Virus record (IMG/VR): IMGVR_UViG_3300003410_000004
Source: an uncultured virus (IMG/VR IMGVR_UViG_3300003410_000004)
Taxonomy: Duplodnaviria; Heunggongvirae; Uroviricota; Caudoviricetes
Reading direction: 5' to 3' (one strand)
DNA: 64,000 nt
A program made the translations under genes and the position numbers. Below the pieces are notes generated by a model. That model was not told the DNA's origin, ran no database searches, and saw only the letters and a program-made list of their open reading frames with translations. Each line of letters opens with the position of its first letter. The first letter of the stretch is position 1. Below are positions 50,410 to 59,962 of the stretch, piece after piece.

Positions 50410-50967
50410 ATGTCATCTTGGGGTGCAAATACATCTGATGAGTCTAAACCAAAGTGGTTGACTGCTGAAGATAAAGAAAAAACTTTCGCGGATAATCGTG
50501 GTTGGGTTTACACTCACGCGAATGGTCTGGAAGAAGTAATCGTAGCAATTGGTGAATTGGCAGGTGCTGATAAACTCGCCGCCGCTACTATCTCTTCTGT
50601 TAAGTTTGTAACAGACGCTTTGACTGCAGACGATACTACTATCACTGTGGATGTTACTTGGAACGAAGCAGTAACTGTAACTGGTTCACCACAAATCACT
50701 GTAGCAAATGGTGATGAGTCTGGTGACGCAAACGGTGACTACACTCTTACTTACACTGGAACTGGTTCTACTAAGAACAAGAAGCGTTTCACTGCAACTG
50801 GTCTTACTTTGTCTGCAACTGACGTACTCACATTCGGTGGTGCAGGTTCAGCAAACGTTGCATTGAACAGTGGTTCATTGAAGGATACTGCAGACGGTAC
50901 TACAGACGCACAATTGGTAACTACTGCTGTTACTGCGCAAACTGTAACTGTCGCGGCAGGTGCATAA
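50410..50967 (+). CDS. Putative virion structural protein with Ig-like domain
   Basis: V.WNEAVTVTG.P pattern; AGGAG RBS; AATAAATA upstream. Confidence 0.65.
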   Translation: MSSWGANTSDESKPKWLTAEDKEKTFADNRGWVYTHANGLEEVIVAIGELAGADKLAAATISSVKFVTDALTADDTTITVDVTWNEAVTVTGSPQITVANGDESGDANGDYTLTYTGTGSTKNKKRFTATGLTLSATDVLTFGGAGSANVALNSGSLKDTADGTTDAQLVTTAVTAQTVTVAAGA

Positions 50968-50989
50968 ATAAAACTGAACACCTAGCGGT

Positions 50990-51020
50990 GGGGGTGTTTG
51001 TAACAAAGCACCCCATTTTT
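50990..51020 (+). terminator. Rho-independent terminator
   Basis: GGGGTG-TTTG...CAAA-G-CACCCC followed by ATTTTT. Confidence 0.75.
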
Positions 51021-51042
51021 ATTATTTCAATAGGAGCAAAAC

Positions 51043-51519
51043 ATGGCAGATAAAAAAATCTCAGAACTGCAAGCGGCAACAAGTGCGGCATCTGCAGACT
51101 TACTACACATCATTCAGGGCGGTACTAACAAGAAGTTGACCGTTGCTAACCTGTTTGGTGATATTGACACAAACGTCAAACTCGATGGTTACCTCGCACT
51201 CAAGGGTACTCCACAAGACGCAGTATACTCTGGTACTAACGTAGTACTGGAAACCTCTTCTGCAGTATCTAACCTCACCTCTGGTTCTACTGGTTCATCT
51301 GACTCTACATATGGTCTAGGTGACGGTAACGAACAAGGACAGATTAAAGTACTCGTATTTAAGACTGATGGTACTGATGACGCGGTTGTCACTCCTACCA
51401 ATCTGTTGGGTGGTACTACAATCACATTCGCAGATGTAGGTGACACTGCAACACTGATGTGGAACACTGCCGCCGCGGCATGGGTAGTTCTCGCAGTCAA
51501 CGGTGCAGTAGTAGCATAA
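51043..51519 (+). CDS. Putative virion structural protein
   Basis: MADKKISEL start typical of fibre/decoration proteins. Confidence 0.65.
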   Translation: MADKKISELQAATSAASADLLHIIQGGTNKKLTVANLFGDIDTNVKLDGYLALKGTPQDAVYSGTNVVLETSSAVSNLTSGSTGSSDSTYGLGDGNEQGQIKVLVFKTDGTDDAVVTPTNLLGGTTITFADVGDTATLMWNTAAAAWVVLAVNGAVVA

Positions 51520-51529
51520 GGGGAAAACC

Positions 51530-51961
51530 ATGAAGTCATTTAAAGATCATTTACAAGAAGCATACCCTGGCGCAGGCGATGCATCTGTAGTTCCTCCAAC
51601 AGAGAATGCAGTTGATAGTCCAGAACGCGCAGTGTTTGATCTTGATTCATCCGAAGAACTCCGCGCATTGAATGCGTTTGTCGGTTCTATCGGTGAGCGT
51701 ACCTACATCAATCCAAAAGGTGCATTGATCCAACTCCAGAACAAACTGTCTACTATCGGTCTGTTCTTTGAGATTCCTGCACTGAACGAAGATCAGGGTT
51801 CTATTGAAGTAGAACTCACTCAGTTTGGTGGTGTATTCGGTAAAGATGGTGCAACTCCAAATGATGAGTTCATCAACGAAGTCACTTCTGGTAAGAAGTT
51901 GGTTATTGAGTACGAATACACAAGAACTGGTTCTTGTCAGGTATACGCAAAGATCGTATAA
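51530..51961 (+). CDS. Hypothetical late protein with CTS-like N-terminus
   Basis: MKSFKDHLQE. Confidence 0.65.
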   Translation: MKSFKDHLQEAYPGAGDASVVPPTENAVDSPERAVFDLDSSEELRALNAFVGSIGERTYINPKGALIQLQNKLSTIGLFFEIPALNEDQGSIEVELTQFGGVFGKDGATPNDEFINEVTSGKKLVIEYEYTRTGSCQVYAKIV

Positions 51962-51973
51962 CGAATAGTCTTT

Positions 51974-52333
51974 GTGATGAAATTAACTGATGATAACTTC
52001 ATCCAGTATGCGATGAAGCATTATGACAATCCGCAGTGTACTACTGTAGAGGAATTTCAGAATGACTTGAAGCGTATTAAGTATATCAAGTTATTACTGT
52101 CAAGATACCTCTCAGGAGATACACTGCGTGAGCGTCTAATCATCAATCATATAGTGGTTCTATATAATGTATTCGGTGCAGAAGCAACCAAAGAGATGCT
52201 TCTATTCAAAGCAGACAATCATATGCTTCCTGCACTGAAGTCTTTCCTTGTATTTTTAAACCTACTGAGGGAAGATGAGAAAATAGAGATACCACTAGAC
52301 AACTATGTGGTAAAGGTACTAAGGGAAATATAA
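51974..52333 (+). CDS. Conserved T4-like hypothetical protein
   Basis: YAMKHYDNPQC..EEF..DL.R.KYIK, RLIINH. Confidence 0.75.
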   Translation: MMKLTDDNFIQYAMKHYDNPQCTTVEEFQNDLKRIKYIKLLLSRYLSGDTLRERLIINHIVVLYNVFGAEATKEMLLFKADNHMLPALKSFLVFLNLLREDEKIEIPLDNYVVKVLREI

Positions 52334-53163
52334 TGGGTCAGTTAGTAGACAACCTAATTACGCTACGAATTCTAAAGTTGCTCACTACGCCATTTACCAA
52401 GATGAAAGCGTATGAGTTGGGGTTGATCGATGAAGATGGGAATCGAATCAAACCACACAAAGACATGTCAACTGCAGAGCGTAATGAATTTACATTGCTA
52501 CATCGTCTTGTGTTTCGACTCAAAAGATTGCTCGCGAAAGTGCCAGGCGGTAGATCGCAGTTGGGGTCATACATTGCGGCACTCGCACTAATTAAAGAGC
52601 AGTACGAAAAGGGTGAAGATTTTAAAGATGACACCCTAATCGAGAGCGTACTACTCAACGAAGATATTGCTAACGTCACTGGTGCAGGAGTGTCTACCGA
52701 CATTCCTGTTGTGCGTAGAAAGAAGAAGCGTCAATCTCGTGTATTTGAAGTCAACCCACAGACTTTCGATAAGTTCAAAAAGGGTAAGAAGAAGTACGCA
52801 AAGTGGTCTAACTATTTGCAGTTGGACGATGAGAACGAATCGAAGATTTACAAGTACGCTAAGAACTATCCAGATGGTATCATCACTCTGAAGAATTCGG
52901 AGACAGGTGAAACTAAGAACATTCGCTTCAATGGACGCGGTGGTGGTCGTTGGAGAAAGGTAGCGCGTAACTATAAGAAGATCGAAGAAGCGGTTGCAAC
53001 TCGCAGTGGTACAGTACTGGAGTATGATGAAGGTGAATTGAAAGTCTCACTAAAAACTGCAGTTGAATTCAAGAAGACGTTTGATCGCGCAGATGCTACC
53101 TTGCAGGAAGAACTTGCATTAGCACTAGATGACTACGAAAACTCTATGGAGTTACTTGACTAA
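52333..53163 (+). CDS. Conserved hypothetical protein
   Basis: R.LKLLTTPF...AYELG.ID..G; coupled ORF. Confidence 0.7.
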   Translation: MGQLVDNLITLRILKLLTTPFTKMKAYELGLIDEDGNRIKPHKDMSTAERNEFTLLHRLVFRLKRLLAKVPGGRSQLGSYIAALALIKEQYEKGEDFKDDTLIESVLLNEDIANVTGAGVSTDIPVVRRKKKRQSRVFEVNPQTFDKFKKGKKKYAKWSNYLQLDDENESKIYKYAKNYPDGIITLKNSETGETKNIRFNGRGGGRWRKVARNYKKIEEAVATRSGTVLEYDEGELKVSLKTAVEFKKTFDRADATLQEELALALDDYENSMELLD

Positions 53164-53540
53164 TGATCAAACTTTATGCTATGATAGTTGTCCTTGCAGT
53201 ATTGGGGGGTGTCGGTTACGGTGCTGTCTGGTACTACAACGACACACAAGCGAGAATCCAACAACTTGCAGAGAATAACGCAAAGTTGGAATCAGTTGTT
53301 GCAACTCAAAGTGAAACGATTCAAGCACAACAAGAGATTGCACAGAAACAAGCAGAACTCACAAGTGAGTTACAGGGTAAACTTCAGCAAGCAGAAGAAT
53401 ACCAAGATGAGTTGAGATCAAAGTTGCAGAAGCATGACTTGACAAGACTGTCACAGTCAAAACCTGCGCTGATAGAAAAGAGAATAAATAATGGTACAAA
53501 AGCATTGTTTGACGATCTTGAGTCTCTTACTAGCAAGTAG
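53163..53540 (+). CDS. Putative inner-membrane spanin
   Basis: N-terminal TM helix plus coiled coil; overlaps a lipoprotein gene. Confidence 0.65.
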   Translation: MIKLYAMIVVLAVLGGVGYGAVWYYNDTQARIQQLAENNAKLESVVATQSETIQAQQEIAQKQAELTSELQGKLQQAEEYQDELRSKLQKHDLTRLSQSKPALIEKRINNGTKALFDDLESLTSK

Positions 53541-53922
53541 TGTTCTATCTGGTTGCTCGATGTTTGCGAGAGAACCAGAGAAAGAGATTGTTACTGAGAC
53601 AAAGATCATCAAACCAACCATCCCTGTGATGGAAAGACCGAAACCCCTTAGACTGAATGATGTTCAGTTCTATGTGGTCACTGAAGAGAATTTTGAGGAA
53701 TTCAAGGAGAGGTTCCTCAAGGAAAACGCAGACTTTGTTTTCTATGCTATCTCAGTGCGAGACTATGAGAATCTCTCATTAAACATGGCAGATATCAAAA
53801 GATTCATTGGACAACAGAAAGAAATTATCATATACTATGAGAAGTCTGTAACCGATGAAGATATAAATAGTACTGAGCAAGCAGGGACTAATGATGGAAC
53901 AGTATCACGAACTCAAGACTGA
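53491..53922 (+). CDS. Putative outer-membrane spanin lipoprotein
   Basis: Signal peptide with LSGC lipobox; Pro-rich segment. Confidence 0.65.
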   Translation: MVQKHCLTILSLLLASSVLSGCSMFAREPEKEIVTETKIIKPTIPVMERPKPLRLNDVQFYVVTEENFEEFKERFLKENADFVFYAISVRDYENLSLNMADIKRFIGQQKEIIIYYEKSVTDEDINSTEQAGTNDGTVSRTQD

Positions 53923-54331
53923 GATCGAACTAGTAAAAAGAGACGTACTCTCAATGACAGGGGTTATTGAGAAGTTAGACGTTGCTATTGATAAGATCGG
54001 TGAAGTCGCCAGTTCCCTGAATCGTATGCTTGCAATCCATGAGACTAAGTTAGAACTCGTGGAGAAGAATGATCAGGAAATATACGGTATGATCGAACAG
54101 ACAAAAAGAGAAAACGATAAAGACTATGTTCAACTAGAGAATCGTATCCAAGAGTCTCATGAAATCCTGTTAGGCGAAATCAAGCAACTTCATAATGAGA
54201 TGAAGAACCATCACGAATTAGTATCGTCACGTTTGAGTAAATTGGAACAATGGCGTTGGATTCTCGTAGGTGGTGCTATTGTTTTAGGTTTCGTAATTTC
54301 CAAAATCCCTCTAGAAATTATTTTTCAATAA
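53891..54331 (+). CDS. Coiled-coil protein with C-terminal TM (holin/XhlA-like candidate)
   Basis: LEQWRW followed by TM; TATAAATA at 53862-53869. Confidence 0.55.
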   Translation: MMEQYHELKTEIELVKRDVLSMTGVIEKLDVAIDKIGEVASSLNRMLAIHETKLELVEKNDQEIYGMIEQTKRENDKDYVQLENRIQESHEILLGEIKQLHNEMKNHHELVSSRLSKLEQWRWILVGGAIVLGFVISKIPLEIIFQ

Positions 54332-54336
54332 TTGCC

Positions 54337-54365
54337 TTGACAAATGTGTAACAACAGTGTAATAT
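54337..54365 (+). promoter_or_regulatory. sigma70 promoter for primase
   Basis: ATTGCC-TTGACA-17-TAATAT. Confidence 0.7.
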
Positions 54366-54393
54366 TACACTGTTAATTAATTATGGGTATAGT

Positions 54394-55425
54394 ATGTCAT
54401 TTCAAACTGATCTGTCGTTCATGCACGACATATCGCACCGTCTTGTGCGATTCACTAAGAAGAAAGACAACCTCTATAACTTCCGCTGTCCGTATTGTGG
54501 AGACTCTAAGAAGTCTAAGATCAAAGCGAGAGCATTCCTGTATCGTAAGAAAAACGACATGTACTTCAGGTGTCACAACTGTGGTCAATCAACCACGTTT
54601 GGGAACTTTCTAAAGTATATCGATGCGGAGAAGTACAAAGAGTATGTACTTGAGCGATACAAGAATGGAGAGTCTCAGAACCCATCTGCGAAGGTGTCAG
54701 TAGCATCTAAAGAAGTTAAAGACGTAACCTACCAGAAAGTGCGTATGCCTACCAGAGACGCTCTCAGTAGTCAGAGAACGATATCTAGTCTACCAGAGAC
54801 GCACCCTGCTCGTAAGTATGTCGAGAATCGACTGATTGACATTAAGTACTTTGACGACTTATACTTCATCCCAAAATTCTACAAATTCCTTGACAAAATT
54901 GACCAGTTGGGTTATAAGTATAATGAGGAAACCGATCATCCTCGTTTGGTGATTCCATTCCGTGATAAGCATGGTACTCTACTTGGATTTCAAGGTAGAG
55001 CATTCGGTGAGGAGAAACCTAAGTATCTGACTACAATGATTGCGCAAGCACCAAAGATATTTGGGTTTGATCGCCTCAACTTCAATGAGATAGTCTATAT
55101 CTTAGAAGGTCCTATTGATGCGATGTTCGTTCCCAACTCACTCGCAATGGCAGGTGCAGATACTGACCTGTCAGGAGAACAGTTTGTCTTTGTGTATGAC
55201 AATGAACCTCGATCCAAAGAGATCGTCAATCGTCTACAGAAACGTATTGACAATGGTGATAAGGTTGTGATATGGTCTGACACCATCAAACAAAAAGATA
55301 TGAACGACATGCGTAAAGCAGGTGTGTTCACTGATGCACAGGGTGCAAAAACTCTTATAGATAACAATACCTATCAAGGTTTGATTGCTAAAGCAAAATT
55401 AGCGGAATGGAAAAGATGCGAATAG
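54394..55425 (+). CDS. gp61: DNA primase gp61
   Basis: CPYCGDS, CHNCG, QGR, EGPID, YDNEPR, KDMND. Confidence 0.96.
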   Translation: MSFQTDLSFMHDISHRLVRFTKKKDNLYNFRCPYCGDSKKSKIKARAFLYRKKNDMYFRCHNCGQSTTFGNFLKYIDAEKYKEYVLERYKNGESQNPSAKVSVASKEVKDVTYQKVRMPTRDALSSQRTISSLPETHPARKYVENRLIDIKYFDDLYFIPKFYKFLDKIDQLGYKYNEETDHPRLVIPFRDKHGTLLGFQGRAFGEEKPKYLTTMIAQAPKIFGFDRLNFNEIVYILEGPIDAMFVPNSLAMAGADTDLSGEQFVFVYDNEPRSKEIVNRLQKRIDNGDKVVIWSDTIKQKDMNDMRKAGVFTDAQGAKTLIDNNTYQGLIAKAKLAEWKRCE

Positions 55426-55904
55426 ATGTAGTAGATAATGAAGTACCCCTTGAGTTAATCGGTGATCTTCAAGTACTTTTACCTAAACTAAGTTGGAAGG
55501 TTGAGTATGACTTATATAACAATATGCGTGTTCGTAGTGGTTTGTCTGCGGATTTGTCAGGTTCTTGGATAGATCGTTTCGGCAATGTTGCTGAAAAGTT
55601 TCTAACTGATGATGATTTACAGATATCCAGAGCATATATAAACCTGTTCGCTCCAAATGAAGTCTGCTATCCTCACGTTGATGGATGTCATACTACTGTA
55701 TTATTCTACTGTAATTTTAATACTAGGATGGAACAGTGTGGAGAGACAGTATTTTTTGATGAACGTGGTGAAATTATAAAATCAGTTTTACCAAAAATGG
55801 GTAGAATGGTCTTGTTTGATGGGAATATTTTGCACAGCGCAAGACCTCTCAATAATGACTATAGATATAGCGTAGCACTAAAAATGGTGAAAAATAATGA
55901 TTGA
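55416..55904 (+). CDS. 2OG-Fe(II) oxygenase
   Basis: RAYIN, PHVD, GETVF, LHSAR, RYSVA. Confidence 0.8.
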   Translation: MRIDVVDNEVPLELIGDLQVLLPKLSWKVEYDLYNNMRVRSGLSADLSGSWIDRFGNVAEKFLTDDDLQISRAYINLFAPNEVCYPHVDGCHTTVLFYCNFNTRMEQCGETVFFDERGEIIKSVLPKMGRMVLFDGNILHSARPLNNDYRYSVALKMVKNND

Positions 55905-56376
55905 TCCAAAAACTCTTTCAAATAAAGAGCATTATGAATGCGAGGTTGAAGTATTAGATAATATGATACCTCATGATAATTTAGAACGACTATTTTCTCA
56001 TATAATTAAAAGTGAAGATATTTCTTTACTTGCAGAAGATATTGCAACTGCAGTTTGTGTGGAGATTTTTCGACTTAATGAAGAAGATGTAAATTTGAAA
56101 AACTTGCAAATTACAAAAGTTTCTAAGGAAGAACCTTTTGTTGCAAGACGATCTGGTGTTGAAAAGCAGGATTCCTATGTAACTGTCGTACTCAATAGCA
56201 TATGGCATAAATGGTGTGGTGGTGAGTTCATCGTATTTGAAAAGGGTGAAGCAAAAGAGATTATCTCTGCACACCCAGGACGTGTCATAGTATCCTATGG
56301 TAACAATTGGATTGATGTTGCAACACCAAAGCACCACGATTCCCCCTTATACTTACTACAATTTCAAGTAGTTTAA
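55897..56376 (+). CDS. Degenerate 2OG-oxygenase-like protein
   Basis: LN..W...GGEF and PGRV retained; metal ligands not evident. Confidence 0.5.
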   Translation: MIDPKTLSNKEHYECEVEVLDNMIPHDNLERLFSHIIKSEDISLLAEDIATAVCVEIFRLNEEDVNLKNLQITKVSKEEPFVARRSGVEKQDSYVTVVLNSIWHKWCGGEFIVFEKGEAKEIISAHPGRVIVSYGNNWIDVATPKHHDSPLYLLQFQVV

Positions 56377-56393
56377 TTTAATCGGAGTAATAA

Positions 56394-58691
56394 ATGACAA
56401 CCATCGATAATCTTTTCGTGGTGAAGTCTGGTGGACGTAAAGAAGAACTAGACATCGAGAAAATCCAGAAGATGACACAAGAAGCGTGTGTCGGTTTGTC
56501 TGGAGTATCATCATCACAAGTAGAGATGAATTCTGGAATCCAATTTTATGATGGAATTCCAACAGAAGATATTCAGAAAATTCTAATCAAGTCAGCGGCA
56601 GACCTCATTACACTTGAGAACCCTAACTATCAATACGTTGCCGCTAGACTTCTTGCATTCTCTTTGCGTAAGCAGGTGTATGGTCAGTATGACCCAATCC
56701 CACTGAAAGAGATTGTTGAGTGGAATATCAAGCGTGGTGTCTATGATAAAGATTTGTTGTCATATTACGATGATGAAGAGTGGACTAAACTCGATGGTAT
56801 GATGGATCATGATCGTGATCTGCAGTTCACTTATGCAGGTTTACAGCAGGTAGTAGACAAGTACCTAGTACAAGATCGTTCCTCTGGAGACATCTACGAA
56901 ACCCCACAGGTGATGTATATGTTGATCTCTGCGACTATCTTTGCACAGTATCCAAGAGATAAGCGTATGCAGTATGTACGCAGATACTACAATGCTATCA
57001 GTCAGTTCAAGTTGAACATTCCCACACCAGTAATGGCAGGGGTTCGTACACCAATCCGGCAGTTTGCGTCATGTGTACTCGTTGACGTAGACGACACATT
57101 GGATAGTATCTTCCACAGTAACAGTGCTGTTGGATACTACATTGCACAACGTGCAGGTATTGGATTGAACGTTGGTCGTATCCGCGCAATCAAATCAAAG
57201 ATTCGTGGTGGAGAGGTAGAACACACTGGTGTGATTCCATTCCTCAAGATGTATGAAGCGACTGTTCGTTCATGTACTCAGAACGGTGTGCGTGGTGGTT
57301 CTGCTACAACTCACTTCCCATTCTGGCACAAAGAGATTGAAGATGTAATCGTACTGAAGAACAACAAGGGTTCAGAAGACAACCGTGTTCGTAAACTCGA
57401 CTACTCTATTCAGTTGTCCAAGTTGTTCTATGAGCGTTTCCTGAAGAATGAAGATATCTCATTGTTCTCACCTCATGATGTGCCTGGACTCTACGATGCT
57501 TTTGGTTACCCAGAGTTCGATGAACTGTACACCAAGTATGAGAATGATCCTCGTATCGACAAGAAGACTATCAATGCTCGTGAGTTGGGTATTGATATCC
57601 TGAAGGAACGTGCAGAAACTGGTCGTATCTACTTAATGAATATGGATCATGTTAACTCTCATAGTTCGTTCAAAGACAAGGTGAGTATGTCTAACCTATG
57701 TCAAGAGATCACACTACCAACCACACCAATCAGCAATGTTGATGGAACTGATGGCGAAATTGCACTTTGCATCTTGTCAGCAGTGAACGTAGGTGGTATA
57801 AGTAACACTGACGAATTGCAGAATCTTTGTGATCTTGCAGTTCGCGCACTAGACGAATTGATTGACTATCAAGGGTATCCTATCCCTGCCGCAGAGAAAT
57901 CTACGAAAGCGAGACGTTCACTTGGTATTGGTTACATTGGTCTAGCACACTACCTAGCGAAAAATAAAGTCAAGTACGATGATCCAGAAGCGTGGAAACT
58001 CGTAGATGAACTTACAGAGTCGTTCCAGTACTTCTTGCTCAAAGCGTCTGTAGACGTAGCGAAAGAGAAAGGTAAGTGTGAGGCGTTTGAAAGAACTAAA
58101 TATGCAGACGGTATCTTACCAATCGACACATATAAGTCGGATGTTGACGATATCGTAACTCCAAACTACAAGCGTGATTGGGAAGAACTACGTTCCGAAA
58201 TTCAGGAACATGGTTTGCGTCACTCTACACTATCCGCACAGATGCCATCTGAATCTTCTTCAGTGGTCTGTGGTGAAACAAATGGTATTGAACCCCCTCG
58301 TGACTACTTGTCCGTGAAGAAGTCAAAGAAGGGAACACTCAAGCAGATCGTGCCTGGATACCATACTTTTAAGAATCACTATACATTGCTATGGGATATG
58401 AAATCCAATGAGGGTTACATCAAGGTGGTTGCAGTGATGCAGAAATACTTTGACCAAGCAATCTCTGGTAACTGGTCTTACAATCCAGAGAACTATCCAG
58501 ATAATGAAGTACCAGTGTCAGTAATGGCACAAGATTTTCTTAATACTTACAAATACGGTTGGAAGACATCATACTATCAAAATACTTACGACAGTAAGAA
58601 AGATGATGATATCGAGGAGACTCCAACTGAACAACCATTAGAAGCATTACCAGACGATGACGGTGAAGTCTGTGATGCCTGTGCAATTTAA
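56394..58691 (+). CDS. nrdA: Ribonucleotide reductase class Ia alpha
   Basis: ATP cone, PTPVMAG, SCVL, SNLCQEI, C-terminal CDAC. Confidence 0.98.
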   Translation: MTTIDNLFVVKSGGRKEELDIEKIQKMTQEACVGLSGVSSSQVEMNSGIQFYDGIPTEDIQKILIKSAADLITLENPNYQYVAARLLAFSLRKQVYGQYDPIPLKEIVEWNIKRGVYDKDLLSYYDDEEWTKLDGMMDHDRDLQFTYAGLQQVVDKYLVQDRSSGDIYETPQVMYMLISATIFAQYPRDKRMQYVRRYYNAISQFKLNIPTPVMAGVRTPIRQFASCVLVDVDDTLDSIFHSNSAVGYYIAQRAGIGLNVGRIRAIKSKIRGGEVEHTGVIPFLKMYEATVRSCTQNGVRGGSATTHFPFWHKEIEDVIVLKNNKGSEDNRVRKLDYSIQLSKLFYERFLKNEDISLFSPHDVPGLYDAFGYPEFDELYTKYENDPRIDKKTINARELGIDILKERAETGRIYLMNMDHVNSHSSFKDKVSMSNLCQEITLPTTPISNVDGTDGEIALCILSAVNVGGISNTDELQNLCDLAVRALDELIDYQGYPIPAAEKSTKARRSLGIGYIGLAHYLAKNKVKYDDPEAWKLVDELTESFQYFLLKASVDVAKEKGKCEAFERTKYADGILPIDTYKSDVDDIVTPNYKRDWEELRSEIQEHGLRHSTLSAQMPSESSSVVCGETNGIEPPRDYLSVKKSKKGTLKQIVPGYHTFKNHYTLLWDMKSNEGYIKVVAVMQKYFDQAISGNWSYNPENYPDNEVPVSVMAQDFLNTYKYGWKTSYYQNTYDSKKDDDIEETPTEQPLEALPDDDGEVCDACAI

Positions 58692-58703
58692 GGAAGGGAC
58701 TAA

Positions 58704-59804
58704 GTGACAAGCGTATTCAACAAAAATGTAGTTGACTACAAGAAGCAACCGATGTTTTTCGGTGAAGATCAGCAGATGCAAAGATACGATGAATTCAAGT
58801 ATCCTATCTTTGATAAGTTGACGCAGAAACAGTTGGGATTCTTCTGGCGTCCAGAAGAGGTGTCGGTGCAGAAAGATCGCTCCGACTACCAACAGTTGCG
58901 TCCAGAGCAGAAGCATATCTTTACCTCTAACCTCAAGTATCAGATTCTTTTGGATTCGGTACAGGGTAGAGGTCCTGCTCTTGCATTCTTACCATTCTGT
59001 TCGATTCCAGAGTTGGAAGGTTGTATTCTTGCGTGGGATTTCATGGAGACTATCCATAGTCGTTCATATACCTACATGATCAAGAATCTATATCCAAACC
59101 CAAGTGATGTGTTCGATCACGTTATCGATGATGAACGTATCATGGAACGTGCAGACTCGATCACTAAAGCATACGATGACTTCATCGACTATGCGAATCG
59201 ATACAAACTAACAGGTGAAGGTAACAGCAAGGAACTCAAGCGTAAGTTGTGGAGAGCATTGGTAACGGTAAACATCCTTGAGGGTATCCGTTTCTATGTG
59301 TCATTTGCCTGTACTTTCGCATTCGGTGAGTTGAAAATGATGGAAGGTTCTGCTAAGATCATTTCTTTCATTGCTCGTGATGAGTCTCAGCACCTTGCTA
59401 TTACTCAGCACATCATCAAAGCATATCAGAAGAATGAAAATGACGTTGAGATGCTTGAAGTGATGCAGGAAGAAGAAGAGTGGATGTACCAAGCATATAA
59501 AGATGCTGTTGATGAAGAGAAGCGATGGGCAGAGTATCTGTTCAAAGATGGATCAATGATTGGTCTGAATGAAAAACTTCTTGGTGATTATGTTGAGTGG
59601 ATTGCTAACAAGCGTATGCGAGCAATCGGTTTAAAGGAAATATTCGACATCAAGCGTAATGATAACCCACTACCTTGGACACAACATTGGTTGAACTCAG
59701 GTGGGTTGCAGAATGCACCACAAGAAACTGAGATTGAATCTTACATTATTGGTGGTATCAAGCAAGACTTGACTGACGATACACTGAAAGGGTTTTCACT
59801 GTAA
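58704..59804 (+). CDS. nrdB: Ribonucleotide reductase class Ia beta
   Basis: FFWRPEE, ETIHSRSY, EGIRFY.SF, DESQH. Confidence 0.97.
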   Translation: MTSVFNKNVVDYKKQPMFFGEDQQMQRYDEFKYPIFDKLTQKQLGFFWRPEEVSVQKDRSDYQQLRPEQKHIFTSNLKYQILLDSVQGRGPALAFLPFCSIPELEGCILAWDFMETIHSRSYTYMIKNLYPNPSDVFDHVIDDERIMERADSITKAYDDFIDYANRYKLTGEGNSKELKRKLWRALVTVNILEGIRFYVSFACTFAFGELKMMEGSAKIISFIARDESQHLAITQHIIKAYQKNENDVEMLEVMQEEEEWMYQAYKDAVDEEKRWAEYLFKDGSMIGLNEKLLGDYVEWIANKRMRAIGLKEIFDIKRNDNPLPWTQHWLNSGGLQNAPQETEIESYIIGGIKQDLTDDTLKGFSL

Positions 59805-59962
59805 TGCCTACTAATAACTATACCTGCAGTGACTGTGAAGCATACTTTGCAGTCACTCATAAACAAGATGAAGAATTCTTTACTGTCAACATGTGTCCGT
59901 TCTGCGGTGCTGAAGTAGAGATGGATGAAGACTTTGAAGAAATTGAGGAAGATGATGAGTGA
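59804..59962 (+). CDS. Small zinc-ribbon protein with acidic tail (52 aa, not in track)
   Basis: CSDC...CPFCG; TAATG coupling to nrdB. Confidence 0.78.
   Translation: MPTNNYTCSDCEAYFAVTHKQDEEFFTVNMCPFCGAEVEMDEDFEEIEEDDE

Noticed and set aside
2151..59804. Inteins, introns or homing endonucleases in gp17, gp43, gp41, nrdA, nrdB
   Set aside because: All are uninterrupted and of ordinary length.
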